Below are positions 62,165 through 64,000 of a stretch of DNA of 64,000 bases, piece by piece. The stretch comes from Candidatus Rokuibacteriota bacterium (GTDB lineage Bacteria; Methylomirabilota; Methylomirabilia; Rokubacteriales; CSP1-6): positions 6,163 to 70,162 of the forward strand of contig QHSO01000004.1 of assembly GCA_003220475.1 (NCBI GenBank). The letters run 5' to 3'. A program made the translations under genes and the position numbers. Every line of letters begins with the position of its first letter. The first letter of the stretch is position 1. Under the pieces are notes generated by a model. It worked only from the letters and a program-made list of their open reading frames with translations, made no database searches and had not been told where the DNA came from.

Positions 62165-63772
62165 ATGACGCCGCTCCGACGCTCCGTCCGTCTCGCCGCG
62201 CTCGCCCTCGTGCTCGTGCTCGCCCTCACGCTGCCGGTGCCGGCGCAGGCGCCGAAGTCCGGCGGCGTGCTCACGATCCACCCGCTCACCGCGCCGCCGA
62301 GCCTCTCGCCGCACGAGGAGTCGACGATCGCGACGGTGCAGCAGGTGAGCGCGTGCTACTCGAACCTCGTCTACTTCGATCCTGCGAAGAAGCAGGAGAG
62401 CATCGACACCGTCATCCCCGAGCTGGCGGAGAAGTGGTCGTGGCAGGACAACTATCGCAACCTCGTCGTCCTCCTGCGCCGCGACGTCACCTGGCACGAC
62501 GGCAAGCCGTTGACCTCACGCGACGTGAAGTACACGTTCGACGTCGTGCGCGGCGCCCCCGACGCCCCGGTCAAGCTGCGGATCAATCCGCGCAAGCTCT
62601 GGTACGAAAACGTCGAGGCGATCGAGGCGCCCGATCCGCACACGGTCGTGTTCCGACTCAAGCGGCCGCAGCCCTCGCTGGTGCTCCTGCTCGCTTCCGG
62701 CTACTCGCCGATCTATCCGGCCCACGTGCCGATCGCGGACCTCAAAACCACCTGCGTCGGCACCGGGCCCTACAAGCTGAAGGACTACCGACCCGGCGAG
62801 TTCGTCGAGTACGTGCGGAATCCGAACTACTTCGTGAAGGGCCGTCCCTATCTCGATGGCGTGAAGTGGGTGCACATCAAGGACCGCTCGACGCAGATCG
62901 CCGCCTTGCAGGCGGGGCAACTCGATGTCGCCGGCAGCGGCTGGAACCGCACGAATGCCGAGACGGCCAAGAAGGGCAAGCCGGAGCTGACCGTGATCGA
63001 GAGCGACTCGAACGTGAACGACAACGTGCTGATCAACGCCAAACGCGCGCCGCTGACCGACGAGGGCGTGCGCCGCGCGATCAATCTCGCGCTCGATCGC
63101 AAGGCGTACCTCGTGGGGCCACGCCAGGGCGCGGCGACCTTCGGCGGCGCGATGCAGCCGCGGCCGTCGGGCGTGTGGGGCCTGCCGCAGGCGGAGGTCG
63201 GCACGCTGCCGGGCATGGGTGATCCCGTGAAGCAGAAGGCCGAGGCCAAGAAGCTGCTCGCCGCCGCCGGGTACGGGCCGAGCAACCCGATGAAGCTCAC
63301 CGTCTCCACGCGCGCGCTCGCCATCTACGTCGACACCGCGAGCTGGATGGTGGACCAGCTGCGGCAGGTCGGCATCGACGCGGTGCTCGAGCAGATCGAG
63401 ACCGGCGTGTGGCATCCGAAGATGACGCGGCTCGACTTCCAGGTGGCGCTCAACCTCACCGGTACCGCCGTCGACGACCCCGACGCGATGTTCTTCGAGA
63501 ACTACCGCTGCGGCTCGCAGCGCAACTTCTCAGGGTACTGCTCCGAGGAGATCGATCGGCTGATGGTCGAGCAGTCGCAGACGCTCGACCACGCCAAGCG
63601 GCTCAAGCTCGTGCACGAGATCGATCGCAAGCTGCAGGCCGAGGGCGCGCGTCCGATCCTCGGCTGGGGCAAGCAGTACGCCGTCTACTGGCCGCGGGTG
63701 AAGGCGTTCGCGCAGCACGAGAACTCGATCTTCAACGTCTGGAGGCTGCAGGACGTCTGGCTGGACAAGTAG
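62165..63772 (+). CDS. ABC transporter substrate-binding protein, family 5
   Basis: ATG 62165 lies 9 nt after GGAGG (alternative start ATG 62141). It has a signal peptide and the motifs WHDGKPLTSRDVKYTFD and GTGPYKLKDY. Confidence 0.9.
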   Translation: MTPLRRSVRLAALALVLVLALTLPVPAQAPKSGGVLTIHPLTAPPSLSPHEESTIATVQQVSACYSNLVYFDPAKKQESIDTVIPELAEKWSWQDNYRNLVVLLRRDVTWHDGKPLTSRDVKYTFDVVRGAPDAPVKLRINPRKLWYENVEAIEAPDPHTVVFRLKRPQPSLVLLLASGYSPIYPAHVPIADLKTTCVGTGPYKLKDYRPGEFVEYVRNPNYFVKGRPYLDGVKWVHIKDRSTQIAALQAGQLDVAGSGWNRTNAETAKKGKPELTVIESDSNVNDNVLINAKRAPLTDEGVRRAINLALDRKAYLVGPRQGAATFGGAMQPRPSGVWGLPQAEVGTLPGMGDPVKQKAEAKKLLAAAGYGPSNPMKLTVSTRALAIYVDTASWMVDQLRQVGIDAVLEQIETGVWHPKMTRLDFQVALNLTGTAVDDPDAMFFENYRCGSQRNFSGYCSEEIDRLMVEQSQTLDHAKRLKLVHEIDRKLQAEGARPILGWGKQYAVYWPRVKAFAQHENSIFNVWRLQDVWLDK

Positions 63773-63784
63773 AAGGCGCTCCGC

Positions 63785-64000
63785 ATGCGCGGCTACGTCA
63801 CCAAGCGGCTCCTGATCGCCGTCGTCACGCTGTTCGGGATGTCGATCGTGATCTTCTCGCTCATGCGGCTGGCGCCCGGCAACATCGTCGACATCCTGTT
63901 CGAGTCGGCCGGCTACGTGGATCAGGCCGACAAGAAGCAGCTCGAGCGCGAGCTGGGCGTGGACCGCCCGCTCGCGGTGCAGTACTCGCGCTGGGTCGGC
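63785..64000 (+). CDS. ABC transporter permease (DppB/OppB-like), 5' part; continues beyond window
   Basis: It starts at ATG 63785. The N-terminus YVTKRLLIAVVTLFGMSIVIFSLMRLAPGN is typical of the family. Confidence 0.85.
   Translation, partial: MRGYVTKRLLIAVVTLFGMSIVIFSLMRLAPGNIVDILFESAGYVDQADKKQLERELGVDRPLAVQYSRWVG

Noticed and set aside
1-64000. Search for mobile elements, prophage or defence islands, CRISPR, tRNA/rRNA and toxin-antitoxin pairs.
   Set aside because: No transposase, integrase, recombinase, Cas, restriction or abortive-infection-like proteins, inverted terminal repeats, or cloverleaf-capable low-GC segments were recognised by eye. A tRNA or ncRNA scan would still be needed to be certain.

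Overview
This is a very GC-rich bacterial chromosomal segment, densely packed with about 70 genes on both strands. I saw no rRNA, tRNA, CRISPR array, transposase, integrase or phage genes.

Gene content: the window is dominated by paralogous catabolic and redox enzymes.
- 5 luciferase-like (LLM) oxidoreductases, 3 SDRs, 2 TauD/TfdA dioxygenases and 3 amidohydrolases.
- 2 cupins, 2 VOC proteins and an acyl-CoA dehydrogenase pair.
- A LigAB-type extradiol dioxygenase, a Rieske oxygenase, a P450 and a XDH/CoxL-type molybdoenzyme large subunit.
- An enolase-superfamily enzyme, a CoA-transferase, an enoyl-CoA hydratase and a thioesterase.
- Transport genes: a TRAP system, two family-5 ABC binding proteins and two MFS transporters.
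- Signalling genes: an OmpR/HK pair, two stand-alone receivers, a GAF protein, an AraC regulator and a degenerate GGDEF protein.
- Envelope genes: MlaC, a DUF748-like protein, an OMP beta-barrel, lipoproteins and a GT39+TPR membrane protein.

The envelope genes together with sigma54-type promoters indicate a diderm, non-actinobacterial host. Many genes are translationally coupled through ATGA/GTGA overlaps.

Most notable observations:
1. An in-frame TGA joins ORFs 38831..39133 and 39167..40480 into a candidate U-x-x-C selenoprotein. It is UGSC-like, fused to a large uncharacterised domain, and is the last gene of a Cys-rich DUF2182-DUF1326 module.
2. Several near-consensus sigma54 (-24/-12) promoters sit directly upstream of envelope-related genes.
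3. An AT-rich 13-nt motif with OmpR/CpxR-like 10-bp-phased pentamers is shared by the regions flanking the two-component operon.
4. A 42-bp in-frame tandem duplication lies at a gene junction.
5. Decayed genes are unusually frequent: one nonsense codon, one frameshift, one deletion with frameshift, two in-frame deletions and one gene fragment.

Family names are recalled from sequence motifs. No database search was run.
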